Part shown: positions 11,303 to 24,372 of the stretch, piece after piece
How positions within the stretch are numbered: position 1 is the stretch's first letter
Layout: each line of letters opens with the position of its first letter
From: Mobula hypostoma
Taxonomy: Eukaryota
Length of the DNA: 64,000 nt
Direction: 5' to 3'
Assembly (NCBI RefSeq): GCF_963921235.1
Contig: NC_086097.1
Location: forward strand, 245,150,001-245,214,000
Notes under the pieces: model-generated
The model's database searches: none
What the model was told of the DNA's origin: nothing
What the model saw: only the letters and a program-made list of their open reading frames with translations
Program-made: the position numbers and the translations under genes

Positions 11303-12615
11303 TTTGCCCCATTGAGCTGGACTACATTTTTGCATATAGAAGCTATCTTTATTATGACAAAGGACTTTGTGCAAATCCATGTAAATGTTAGAATCTGACT
11401 TCACTGTACAAAATGTTTCATATTGAAAACACAGCCTGACTGTTCAGTTACCTTACTGTGAGTTTGAAACTTCTGGAAGTATCACTGCCACCATCCGCAC
11501 CCTCTCTACGTTTCAGAATGCAATGAGTTCGAGGGTGGGCCTGAAGTCCAGAAATTGTGGTTCAAAGTGGTCTTTATAAATAACGAAGAGGAAAATGGCC
11601 AGTAGATACAGTTTTGCACAATAATTGTCTCATTTGAAGCATTTATGCTTCCTCTTACCTGTCTGGTTTCTCGATTATTGGTTTTGAAATTTATGTTGAA
11701 ATATGCTGTTATTTTAAAATGTTTTGCCTTTCTTTGTGCTGTAATGTATTATTGCCTTTGCTAGTTTGCCCAGCTGAAACTGTATTTGCAAGATCATATA
11801 GTTGAGGTGCTAATCTGCAGGGGAGACAGATATTCTGATTTCAATTCCGTGTGGCAGCTTGCACATCCCCCCCCCCCCCCCCACCGCCACTTCCCGGGCT
11901 TCCTTTAGCTCGTGACCTTATTAACAACTGAGGCAGCAGCTTTGTTGTAAGCCTGACCTGGGTTCTGCATTTGAACATTTATTAGTGTTTCAGTTCAACG
12001 TCAGATCTTTTACCTGTAGATAGGCAGCAGTTGTGAGAAAAACAACAGCTTCTTGTTTTGTTAATGGCCCACAACCGCTTGTAGATCCAAGAGGGCAGGC
12101 GTTTCTGTATTTAAACATAATAAATTTTAAAAAGTCCATAATCACATCCTATGCTTTTGAAAGCAGAAATTAATGTAATTGTCCTATAATTGATTTAAAT
12201 CATAATTGTGCCTCTGTGACCAAATCTCACTGCACTGATATGTTAATAAAGTATTGTTTGCTTACTTTCAAAAATGTTGAGGGATTATAATTATCACTTG
12301 GCATTCGAGCGTTTTCAGGTCAAGCATTATGAATAGAAATCAAATTGACTCAGCATCGCTGCCCACTTCAATTCGGCAGTTAGAATTTTTTTTACAATAA
12401 AGCACTATAGTGTCTTTAGGTGTGGAATTTCAAATTTCATTTTATTTATTGGTGTCCTGGTGCAAAAAGAACAGCCATAGGTATTGTTTCACTTAATTTA
12501 TGATTACAATAAGCACCAGCAACTTTGTCTTTTTTTTTCTTGATTTAGAGATCTTATTCTGAGATATGCATAAATTCAACTTGCCTCTAATAAAGTTTAA
12601 TTTTTTTGCAAATAA
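11303..12615 (+). other. 3'UTR of the CP2-family gene
   Basis: AT-rich stretch after the stop codon with no recognisable TE and several AATAAA motifs (12119, 12245, 12396, 12589). Confidence 0.7.
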
Positions 12616-12636
12616 CTCTGAGAAAGTGTTGTGTTG
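12589..12636 (+). terminator. Likely polyadenylation signal with downstream GU-rich element
   Basis: AATAAA at 12589-12594, then GTGTTGTGTTG at 12626-12636; TE remnants begin shortly after. Confidence 0.6.
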
Positions 12637-12789
12637 AAATTAATGTGATGATGTTTATGAATCTTGCACTCAATACAGTGGTCCCCTAGCAGTCTGCTTC
12701 AGCTATACATGGCCCTTGTGGGCCTGTTCTTGCCAATGGCTGACGTTGTGGTATTAGCACCATCGCCAGCAGTCTCTTGATCATCTCGG

Positions 12790-12995
12790 AAAAGTGCTGG
12801 ACGATGGAGCTCATTTTCATGGTCTGCAGGGCAACGATGATCACTACACTCTCTGAATGCTTCTGGATCATATCATCAGTTACTCGCAGCAGGCACTGAC
12901 ACGACCATCGACACTGCCTCCGTAAAATTCTCAAAATTTACATACACTAGCAGGACAAGTGAATCAGTGTTCACATCCTCTCCAAGGTCAGTGCG
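12790..12995 (+). mobile_element. Ancient RTE (BovB-like) RT C-terminal remnant
   Basis: Decayed MVCRATMITTL...HRHCLRKILKI..QDK resembles RTE KLMVYRAVV..HQRCLRKIL.I.WQD. Confidence 0.5.
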
Positions 12996-13924
12996 CCATT
13001 AATCGAGGCCCTAATTATAGTCTGTTCAAAGTAAATTTATTATCACAGTACGTATATGCCAACAGCTACTACCTTGCAGGCATTTACAGGAAACTAAACA
13101 GTAAAATTTATGAAAAAACTATACTTAAAGACAGGCGAACAACCAATGTGCTAAGAAAAATTTTGCAAATTTTTTTAATAAAACAATATGAGGTGAACAG
13201 AGAAATTAATTCAAGGATGTCAAAGCATCCTTTAACATGTATAAAGGATCCTATTAAGACACACACACATCTGGATAACTTTTTTGGAATTGAGGAAATG
13301 TTTGAAAAGGCGTGCCGGCAGGCTTTCTTGGATAGCTAATAGTTGGTTTGAGTGGCCTTTATAGATCCCATATTCTTTGAGGTTGTGCTGAGGAAACAAA
13401 AAATTATAGAATATTACATCCAAAATAAAATGCAGTGGCTGACTGGCAAGAATCAGCTTAGTTGTGCTTTAGTTTGATTTAGGGTAAAGGTGGGATGTAC
13501 AAAGACCAGAGGGGAGAGCACAGCGAAAGAGCAAAAGAGATTGCATGATAGATGGAGGCAGAAGAGACTGTGGGTACTGGAATCTGGACCAACAAAAGAA
13601 CAAACTGCTGGAGGAACTCAGTATGTCCAGCATAGCCTTTAGAGCAGAGGTTCCCAACCTGGAATCCAAGGACCCCTTGGATAATGGTAGTGGTCATAGC
13701 ATTATCTCCTGCTTCAGAGACAAGACCCAATCAATTAAGATTTCAATTATAGAGGGAACATCTGCAATATGAAAAGGGGAGAAGGTGAGACAGGAGCTGG
13801 TGGAACCAGGTGAGGGGTGAAGCTTCTATGTTCACTTTCACTACCACATTTCCCCCCACCCCCAGAAGGCAAAGAATGACCAAAATCCTTTGCAGTTAAG
13901 ACATGAAAAATGTCCTGAAGTCAT

Positions 13925-14430
13925 AGATGCAATCACAAGGAAAGAACGCCAGCGGCTAATTTCTTAGGAGACTAAGAAGGTTTGACTTGTAACGATGTAC
14001 AGTTGAAAGTATCCTGACTGGCTGCATAATGGTCTGGTATGGCAATTCAAACATACAGGAATGTAAGCAGCTGCCAAGAATAGTGGATTTGGTCAAAACA
14101 ACATGGACGCATCTCTCCCCACCATCGGTAGTTTCTACAAGAGGTGTGGCCTTAAGAAGGTAATATCCATCGTCAAAGAACCCCACTATGTGGGCCACTG
14201 CTACTGTGAGGCAGGAGGTACAGAAGCTTGAAGTCTCGCCACCAGGTTCAGGAACAGATACTTACATTCAACCATATGGTTCGTAAACTAACCGGCACAA
14301 CTCTAATCACCAGATCAACACTGTGACGACGTTGATGCTCTCCGTCTGTGATGCTGCTGCAAGTAAGTTTTTCATTGCACCTGTGCACACATGGACGGTT
14401 TTTTGCAGATGACAATTAACTTGACTTTGA
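13925..14430 (+). mobile_element. Rex1/Babar LINE 3' fragment
   Basis: RCTVESILTGCIMVWYG remnant and (ACTTG/ACTTTG) tail. Confidence 0.7.
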
Positions 14431-14898
14431 CCCTGGGAGAATGTTAGACCAAACCCATAGTTGGGAGCCAGCAAATGAAGGCTGATAGCAGAAATAATTG
14501 TTCTACTGTTTCATACACAGTCAATAATATTATTACAACAAGTGATTTGGCAACCAGACTGAGATTAAAGGCAAAGCAACAGTCCAGTTGATGGCAGTCA
14601 AAAGATCAGAAGCAGTGACTACAGATTGAAAAAGAAAAACCACCTTAAGTACATAAAGAAATTTTTTATGGTCAGAGATCAACCCTACTCTTTTTCCTTG
14701 CAAGTAGAAAGCTGGTAGTTAACAAGGTGCAGAATAAATACTTCCCAAAAGATGCATCAGTCAAAACCTGGAATTTAATCACCAAGGCCTTGAGCACTGC
14801 TGATAAATGTACTTTTCACAACGTCCTTCATTTTACTTTAATTTCGAAAAATTTCCTTGCAACGTTCAGAGGTACAACGAAAACAACTGAGAAATTTG

Positions 14899-15510
14899 CA
14901 CTCAGTGGCCACTTCCTAGACCTAATAAAGAGGCTGACTGAGTGTGTGTTCAGATCCAAGTTTGATTGTCATTCAACCATCGGTGAATGCCTATTAATAC
15001 AGCCAAATGAAAGTGTTACATAAACAGCATTATGTTTGGTCTGCTGCTGTAGCCCATCCACTTCAAGGTTCAACATGTCGTGCATTCAGAGATGCTCTTC
15101 TGCACACCACTGATGTAATGCGTGGGTATTTGAGTTACTGTCGCCTTCCTGTCAGCTTGAACCAGTTTGGCTATTTTCCTCTGACCTCCCAAACATTAAG
15201 GCATTTTTGCCCACAGAAGTGCCATTCACTAGACGTTTTTTCTTGTACCATTCTCTGTAAACGCTAGAGACTTGTGTGTGAAAACCCCAGGAGATCAGCA
15301 GTTTCTGAGATACTCAAACCATCCTGTCTGGCACCAACAATCATTCCACGGTCAAAGTCACTTAGATCCTATTTCTTCCCCATTCTAATGCCTGGTCTGA
15401 ACAACAACTGAACCTCTTGACCATGTCAACATGCTTTTATGCACTGAGTTGCTGCCACGTTAGATATTTGTTTAATGAGCGGGTGTACCTAATGGAGCGA
15501 GCACTGAGTG
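14899..15510 (-). mobile_element. Tc1-like DNA transposon deletion derivative
   Basis: Termini CACTCAGTGGCC...GCACTGAGTG followed by TA; minus strand encodes decayed MGKK.DLSDFDRGMIVGARQDGLSISETADLLGFS (Tc1 transposase N-terminus). Confidence 0.8.
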
Positions 15511-15589
15511 TATAGTTGGGAACTATGGTCCTGAAAAAGCCCTTCTGGCTCGAGTGACATGTTGAATATTAAATGTAGCAGGAGGCATA

Positions 15590-17496
15590 CCAACCAATAA
15601 TCCAACCATAATCCAACCATCATCCAACCAATAATCCAACCATCATCCAACCAATAATCCAACCATCATCCAACCAATAATCCAGCCATCATCCAACCAA
15701 TAATCCTGCCATCATCCAACCAATAATCCAACCATCATCCAACCAATAATCCAGCCATCATCCAACCAATAATCCTGCCATCATCCAACCAATAATCCAG
15801 CCATCATCCAACCAATAATCCAACCATCATCCAACCAATAATCCAACCATCATCCAACCAATAATCCTGCCATCATCCAACCAATAATCCTGCCATCATC
15901 CAACCAATAATCCAGCCATCATCCAACCAATAATCCTGCCATCATCCAACCAATAATCCAACCATCATCCAACCAATAATCCTACCATCATCCCACCATC
16001 ATCCAACCAATAATCCTACCATCATCCAACCAATAATCCTACCATCATCCAACCAATAATCCAACCATCATCCAACCACTAATCCAACCATCATCCAACC
16101 AATAATCCAACCATCATCCAACCAATAATCCTGCCATCATCCAACCAATAATCCTGCCATCATCCAACCAATAATCCAGCCATCATCCAACCAATAATCC
16201 ACCCATCATCCAACCAATAATCCTACCATCATCCAACCAATAATCCAACCATCATCCAACCAATAATCCTACCATCATCCAACCAATAATCCAACCATCA
16301 TCCAACCAATAATCCAACCATCATCCAACCAATAATCCAACCATCATCCAACCAATAATCCTGCCATCATCCAACCAATAATCCACCCATCATCCAACCA
16401 ATAATCCAACCATCATCCAACCAATAATCCTACCATCATCCAACCAATAATCCAACCATCATCCAACCAATAATCCAGCCATCATCCAACCAATAATCCT
16501 GCCATCATCCAACCAATAATCCTGCCATCATCCAACCAATAATCCAGCCATCATCCAACCAATAATCCAACCATCATCCAACCAATAATCCAACCATCAT
16601 CCAACCAATAATCCTGCCATCATCCAACCAATAATCCAGCCATCATCCAACCAATAATCCTACCATCATCCAACCAATAATCCTACCATCATCCAACAAT
16701 CATCCAACCAATAATCCAACCAATAATCCTACCATCATCCAACCATCATCCAACCAATAATCCAACCATCATCCAACCAATAATCCTACCATCATCCAAC
16801 CAATAATCCAACCATCATCCAACCAATAATCCAGCCATCATCCAACCAATAATCCTGCCATCATCCAACCAATAATCCTGCCATCATCCAACCAATAATC
16901 CAGCCATCATCCAACCAATAATCCAACCATCATCCAACCAATAATCCAACCATCATCCAACCAATAATCCTGCCATCATCCAACCAATAATCCTGCCATC
17001 ATCCAACCAATAATCCAGCCATCATCCAACCAATAATCCTACCATCATCCAACCAATAATCCAACCATCATCCAACCAATAATCCTACCATCATCCCACC
17101 ATCATCCAACCAATAATCCTACCATCATCCAACCAATAATCCTACCATCATCCAACCAATAATCCAACCATCATCCAACCACTAATCCAACCATCATCCA
17201 ACCAATAATCCAACCATCATCCAACCAATAATCCTGCCATCATCCAACCAATAATCCTGCCATCATCCAACCAATAATCCAGCCATCATCCAACCAATAA
17301 TCCTACCATCATCCAACCAATAATCCAACCATCATCTAACCAATAATCCTACCATCATCCAACCAATAATCCAACCATCATCCAACCAACAATCCAACCA
17401 TCATCCAACTAATAATCCTACCATCATCCAACCAATAATCCTACCATCATCCAACCAATAATCCAACCATCATCCAACCAATAATCCAACCATCAT
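15590..17496. repeat. 23-bp minisatellite, left arm (~80 units of CCAACCAATAAT+CCWRCCATCAT)
   Basis: Directly visible tandem array with variant subunits CCAACC, CCTACC, CCTGCC, CCAGCC. Confidence 0.97.
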
Positions 17497-20096
17497 AGAA
17501 ACATAGAAAATAGGTGCAGGAGTAGGCCATTCGGCCCTTCGAGCCTGCACTGCCATTTATTATGATCATGGCTGATCATCCAACTCAGAACCCTGCCCCA
17601 GCCTTCCCTCCATACCCCCTGACCCCCGTAGCCACAAGGGCCATATCTAACTCCCTCTTAAACATAGCCAATGAACTGGCCTCAACAGTTTGCTGTGGCA
17701 GAGAATTCCACAGATTCACCACTCTCTGTGTGAAGAAGTTTTTCCTAATCTCGGTCCTAAAAGGCTTCCCCTCTATCCTCAATCTGTGACCCCTCGTTCT
17801 GGACTTCCCCAACTTCGGGAACAATCTTCCTGCATCTAGCCTGTCCAATCCCTTTAGGATCTTATACGTTTCAATCAGATCCCCCCTCAATCTTCTAAAT
17901 TCCAACGAGTACAAGCCCAGTTCATCCAGTCTTTCTTCATATGAAAGTCCTGCCATCCCAGGAATCAATCTGGTGAACCTTCTTTGTACTCCCTCTATGG
18001 CAAAGATGTCTTTCCTCAGATTAGGGGACCAAAACTGCACACAATACTCCAGGTGTGGTCTCACCAAGGCCTTGTACAACTGCAGTAGTACCTCCCTGCT
18101 CCTGTACTCGAATCCTCTCGCTATAAATGCCAGCATACCATTCGCCTTTTTCACCGCCTGCTGTACCTGCATGCCCACTTTCAATGACTGGTGTATAATG
18201 ACACCCAGGTCTCGTTGCACCTCCCCTTTTCCTAATCGGCCACCATTCAGATAATAATCTGTTTTCCTATTTTTGCCACCAAAGTGGATAACTTCACATT
18301 TATCCACATTAAATTGCATCTGCCATGAGTTTGCCCACTCACCCAACCTATCCAAGTCACCCTGCATCCTCTTAGCATCCTCCTCACTGCTAACACTGCC
18401 ACCCAGCTTCGTGTCATCCGCAAACTTGGAGATGCTGCATTTAATTCCCTCATCCAAGTCATTATTATATATTGTAAACAACTGGGGTCCCAGCACTGAG
18501 CCTTGCGGTACCCCACTAGTCACCGCCTGCCATTCTGAAAAGGTCCCGTTTATTCCCACTCTTTGCTTCCTGTCTGCTAACCAATTCTCCACCCACACCA
18601 ATACCTTACCCCCAATACCGTGTGCTTTAAGTTTGCACACTAATCTCCTGTGTGGGACCTTGTCAAAAGCCTTTTGAAAATCAAAATATACCACATCCAC
18701 TGGTTCTCCCCTATCCACTCTACTAGTTACATCCTCAAAAAATTCTATGAGATTCGTCAGACATGATTTTCCTTTCACAAATCCATGCTGACTTTGTCCG
18801 ATCATTTCACCGCTTTCCAAATGTGCTGTTATCACATCCTTGATAACTGACTCCAGCAGTTTCCCCACCACCGACGTTAGGCTAACCGGTCTATAATTCC
18901 CCGGTTTCTCTCTCCCTCCTTTTTTAAAAAGTGGGGTTACATTAGCCACCCTCCAATCCTCAGGAACTAGTCCAGAATCTAACGAGTTTTGAAAAATTAT
19001 CACTAATGCATCCACTATTTTTTGGGCTACTTCTTTAAGCACGCTAGGATGCAGACCATCTGGCCCTGGGGATTTATCTGCCTTCAATTTACCTAACACC
19101 ACTTCCCTACTAACATGCATTTCACTCAGTTCCTCCATCTCACTGGACCCTCTGTCCCTTACTATTTCTGGAAGATTATTTATGTCCTCCTTAGCGAAGA
19201 CAGAACCAAAGTAATTATTCAATTGGTCTGCCATGTCCTTGCTCCCCATAATCAATTCACCTGTTTCTGTCTGTAGGGGACCTACATTTGTCTTTACCAG
19301 TCTTTTCCTTTTTACATATCTATAAAAGCTTTTACAGTCTGTTTTTATGTTTCCCGCCAGTCTTCTCTCATAAACTTTTTTCCCCTTCCTAATTAAACCC
19401 TTTGTCCTCCTCTGCTGAACTCTGAATTTCTCCCAGTCCTCAGGTGAGCCACTTTCTCTGGCTAATTTGTATGCTACTTCTTTGGAATTGATACTATCCC
19501 TAATTTCTCTTGTCAGCCACGGGTGCACTACCTTCCTTGATTTATTCTTTTGCCAAACTGGGATGAACAATTGTTGTAGTTCATCCATGCAACCTTTAAA
19601 TGCTTGCCATTGCATATCCACCGTCAATCCTTTAAGTGTCATTTGCCAGTCTATCTTAGCTAATTCACGTCTCATACCTTCAAAGTTACCCCTCTTTAAG
19701 TTCAGAACCTTTGTTTCTGAATTAACTATGTCACTCTCCATATTAATGAAGAATTCCACCATATTATGGTCACTCTTACCCAAGGGGCCTCTCACGACAA
19801 GATCGCTAATTAACCCTTCCTCATTGCTCAAAACCCAGTCCAGAATAGCCTGCTCTCTAGTTGGTTCCTCGACATGTTGGTTCAAAAAACCATCCCGCAT
19901 ACATTCCAAGAAATCCTCTTCCTCAGCACCTTTACCAATTTGGTTCACCCAGTCTACATGTAGATTGAAGTCACCCATTATAACTGCTGTTCCTTTATTG
20001 CACACATTTCTAATTTCCTGTTTAATACCATCTTTGACCTCACTATTACTGTTAGGTGGCCTGTACACAACTCCCACCAGCGTCTTCTGCCCCTTA
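17494..20096 (-). mobile_element. Young CR1 family A (A1) inserted in the minisatellite; ORF2 open to the natural stop, APE 5'-truncated
   Basis: ORF 17585..20161 is near-identical to 1361..4075; tail CATAGAAACATAGAAAA at 17494. Confidence 0.95.
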
Positions 20097-21873
20097 TCCA
20101 TCATCCAACCATCATCCAACCAATAATCCATCATCCAACCAATAATCCTACCATCATCCAACGATCATCCAACCAATAATCCAACCATCATCCAACCAAT
20201 AATCCTACCATCATCCAACCAATAATCCAACCATCATCCAACCAATAATCCTACCATCATCCAACAATCATCCAACCAATAATCCAACCATCATCCAACC
20301 ATCATCCAACCAATAATCCAACCATCATCCAACCAATAATCCTACCATCATCCAACCAATAATCCTACCATCATCCAACAATCATCCAACCAATAATCCA
20401 ACCAATAATCCTACCATCATCCAACCATCATCCAACCAATAATCCTACCATCATCCAACCAATAATCCAACCATCATCCAACCAATAATCCTACCATCAT
20501 CCAACCAATAATCCAACCATCATCCAACCAATAATCCAACCATCATCCAACCAATAATCCTACCATCATCCAACCAATAATCCTACCATCATCCAACCAA
20601 TAATCCAACCATCATCCAACCAATAATCCAACCATCATCCAACCAATAATCCTACCATCATCCAACCAATAATCCAACCATCATCCAACCAATAATCCTA
20701 CCATCATCCAACCAATAATCCAACCATCATCCAACCAATAATCCTACCATCATCCAACCAATAATCCAACCATCATCCAACCAATAATCCTACCATCATC
20801 CAACCATCATCCAACCAATAATCCTACCATCATCCAACCAATAATCCAACCATCATCCAACCAATAATCCAACCATCATCCAACCAATAATCCTACCATC
20901 ATCCAACCAATAATCCAACCATCATCCAACCAATAATCCAACCATCATCCAACCAATAATCCTACCATCATCCAACCAATAATCCAACCATCATCCAACC
21001 AGTAATCCTACCATCATCCAACCATCATCCAACCAATAATCCAACCATCATCCAACCAATAATCCTACTATCATCCAACCAATAATCCAACCATCATCCA
21101 ACCAATAATCCAACCATCATCCAACCAATAATCCTACCATCATCCAACCATCATCCAACCAATAATCCAACCATCATCCAACCATCATCCAACCAATAAT
21201 CCAACCATCATCCAACCAATAATCCTACCATCATCCAACCAATAATCCAACCATCGTCCAACCAATAATCCAACCATCGTCCAACCAATAATCCAACCAT
21301 CATCCAACCAATAATCCTACCATCATCCAACCAATAATCCAACCATCATCCAACCAATAATCCAACCATCATACAACCAATAATCCTACCATCATCCAAC
21401 CATCATCCAACCAATAATCCATCATCCAACCAATAATCCAACCATCATCCAACCAATAATCCTACCATCATCCAACCAATAATCCAACCATCATCCAACC
21501 AATAATCCAACTATCATCCAACCAATAATCCTACCATCATCCAACCCATAATCCTACCATCATCCAACCAATAATCCAACCATCATCCAACCAATAATCC
21601 AACCATCATCCAACCAATAATCCAACTAATAATCCTACCGTCATCCAACCAATAATCCAACCATCATCCAACCAATAATCCAACCATCATCCAACAAATA
21701 ATCCAACCATCATCCAACCAATAATCCTACCATCATCCAACCAATAATCCTACTATCATCCAATCATCATCCAACCAATAATCCTACCATCATCCAACCA
21801 ATAATCCAACCATCATCCAACCAATAATCCTACTATCATCCAACCAATAATCCAACCATCATCCAACCAATAA
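20097..21873. repeat. 23-bp minisatellite, right arm (~77 units)
   Basis: Same unit as the left arm; almost only CCAACC and CCTACC variants. Confidence 0.97.
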
Positions 21874-22119
21874 ATTCAGAAGATGGGCCCAAAGGTTATC
21901 AAGTTAATGAAAGCATCTATTGGTCAAGCAAAAAGGGTGTGTGAAGGGACAACGCAGATGTTAGAAGTATTCCAATTGAAAGTACAGAATAATCACCATC
22001 AAGACAGCATTTATAATGTAGAGATGAATAGGCTATTTGATGGTTTATTCTGACGCAATGTACACTATAAGATAAAGAACAACATTTTGCACCTTTTGAG
22101 CACATCTACATGAAACAAC

Positions 22120-23275
22120 GCAGGAAAGTGGTCGTCATCAGCAGAGAACCCCCCACCCACCCAGGTCATGCTCTCTTCTCACTGCTGCCATCAGGATTAA
22201 GATACAGGAGCCTCAGGACTCAGACCACCAAGTTCAGGAACAGTTATTACCCTTCAACCATCAGGGTCTTAAACCAAAGGGGATAACTTCACTCTACTTG
22301 CACCACCACAGCCTAGGACTTTTCATCTCATGTTCACAATATTTATTGCTTATTTATTATTACTATTTCTTTCTTCTTGTGTTTGCTCAGTTTGTTGTCT
22401 TTTGCACTCTAGTTGGACGCCCAAGTTGGGTGGTCTTTCATTGACCTGGGTGTCATTATACACCAGTCATTGAAAGTGGGTATGCAGGTACAGCAGGCAG
22501 TGAAAAAGGCGAATGGTATGCTGGCATTCATAGCCAGAGCATTCGAGTACAGGAGCAGGGAGGTACTACTGCAGTTGTACAAGGCCTTGGTGAGACCACA
22601 CCTGGAGTATTGTATGTAGTTTTGGTCCCCTAATCTAAGGAAAGACATCCTTGCCATAGAGGGAGTACAAAGAAGGTTCAACAGATTGATTCCTGGGATG
22701 GCAGGACTTTCATAAGATGAAAGACTGGATCGACTAGGCTTACACTCGTTGGAATTTAGAAGATTGAGGGGGGATCTTATTGAAACATATAAAATCCTAA
22801 AGGGATTGGACAGGCTAGATGCAGGAAGATTGTTCCCGATGTTGGGGAAGTCCAGAACGAGGGGTCACAGTTTGAGGATAAAGGGGAAGCCTTTTAGGAC
22901 CGAGATTAGGAAAAACTTCACACAGAGAGTGGTGAATCTGTGGAATTCTCTGCCACAGGAAACAATTGAGGCCAGTTCATTGGCTATATTTAAGAGGGAG
23001 TTAGATATGGCCCTTGTGGCTAAAGGGATCGGGGGTATGGGGGGAAGGCTGGTACAGGGTTCTGAGTTGGATAATCAGCCATGATCATACTGAATGGCGG
23101 TGCAGGCTTGAAGGGCCGAATGGCCTACTCCTGTTCCTATTTTCTATGTTTCTATGATTCTGTTATGGTTATTATTCTATAGATTTATTGAGTATTCCCA
23201 CATGAAAATGAATCTCAAGGTTGTAAATGGTGACATATATGTACTTTGATAATAAATTTACTTTGAACTTTGAGC
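22120..23275 (+). mobile_element. Rex1/Babar 3' fragment hosting a CR1 insertion
   Basis: HPGHALFSLLPSG..YRSLRT.TT.FRNSYYPSTIR motif; the 3'UTR reads cattga|ttctgttatgg across the insertion. Confidence 0.75.
22443..23156 (+). mobile_element. Young CR1 family A (A2) 3' fragment with nonsense mutations
   Basis: DLGVIIHQSLKVGMQ through to the tttctatgtttctatg tail. Confidence 0.9.
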
Positions 23276-23724
23276 TTTGTACTGGTGTAAAAGCTAGATC
23301 TTAAGTATTATAAATCCCAGTAAAATTCCTGCTGTTTGAACTTTGTTTTGTTTTGTACTCCGTTCTGATAGAGAAGAAAATGTATTCCAAGTATTTGCCT
23401 AGGTGAGTACTTGAGCATTTAATTTGAGAACTAAAAATAAATAATGCGTGAATTGTTTTAAAAATTGTTGAAGGGAGTGATAAAGCAATTTAGAAATCAA
23501 ACAAAGTTCTAAGTTAGGGAAGTGTTCAAGACCAGCAATTCCAACTTGAAAATGCCTTTCGACAAAGAATTTAAAGATAAAGGAGAGAACTTTATTTGTC
23601 ACATATACGTTGCTTTGCGTCAATGATCAACACAATCAGAGGATGTGCAGGGTACCGGCCAGCTCACAAGGGTCACCACGCTTCTGGCGCCAGTACAGCA
23701 GGCCCACAATTTACTAATCTTAAC

Positions 23725-23820
23725 CCATACATCTTTGGGAAGTGGAAAAAACTGGAGCTCCCAGAGGCAACCCATGTGGTCTCGGGGAGAACATACAAAC
23801 TCCTTGCAGACAGCCGTGGG
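23725..23820 (-). mobile_element. V-SINE fragment
   Basis: Reverse complement of the V domain (ggagtttgtatgttctcccc..gggttgcctctgggagctccagtttt). Confidence 0.6.
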
Positions 23821-24044
23821 CGACCACTGGTGCTGTGGAGCGATTGTACTAATGAACTATGCTACCATTTTTACCCAGGCAAGGAGAAGTAAAGATGCAC
23901 ACAAGACTTTAGTTCATACTGTTCCTGTAAATACATGAAACACCACCACGTTATTGCAACAACAGTAATCTGCACTTATATGGTGTCTCTGATGCATTGC
24001 AATGATGCTCCTACTCCACAGGAACATTACCAAGCTAGGTGTCA

Positions 24045-24372
24045 TTATCATCATCATTATGTGCCATGTCGTATGATGTAGGCAATCATGATTGTTGTTC
24101 TGGGCAGTGTCTTTACAAGATGGGTGACCCCAGCCATTATCAATACTCTTCAGAGATTGTCTGCCTGGCATCAGTGGTCACGTAACCAGGACTTGTGATA
24201 TGCACCGGCTGCTAATATAACCATTCACCACCTGCTTCCTTGGCTTCACATGACCTTGACCAGGGGTGCTAAACAGGTGCCACACCTCACCCAAGGGTGA
24301 CCTGCAGGCTAGTGGAGGGAAGGAACACCTTACACCTCCTTCGGTAGAGACGTTTCTCCAAACCACCACCCA
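24045..24372 (-). mobile_element. Non-coding RTE-derived element (same family as 33480-34145)
   Basis: Reverse complement of ggagatatgtctctaccaaaggaggtgtaaggtg...catatcacaagtcctggttatgtgaccactga; (ATG)n-like tail. Confidence 0.6.

Noticed and set aside
15590..21873. CRISPR-like array next to a reverse transcriptase
   Set aside because: Pure tandem units with no unique spacers, no cas genes and a eukaryotic context; the RT is a CR1 LINE
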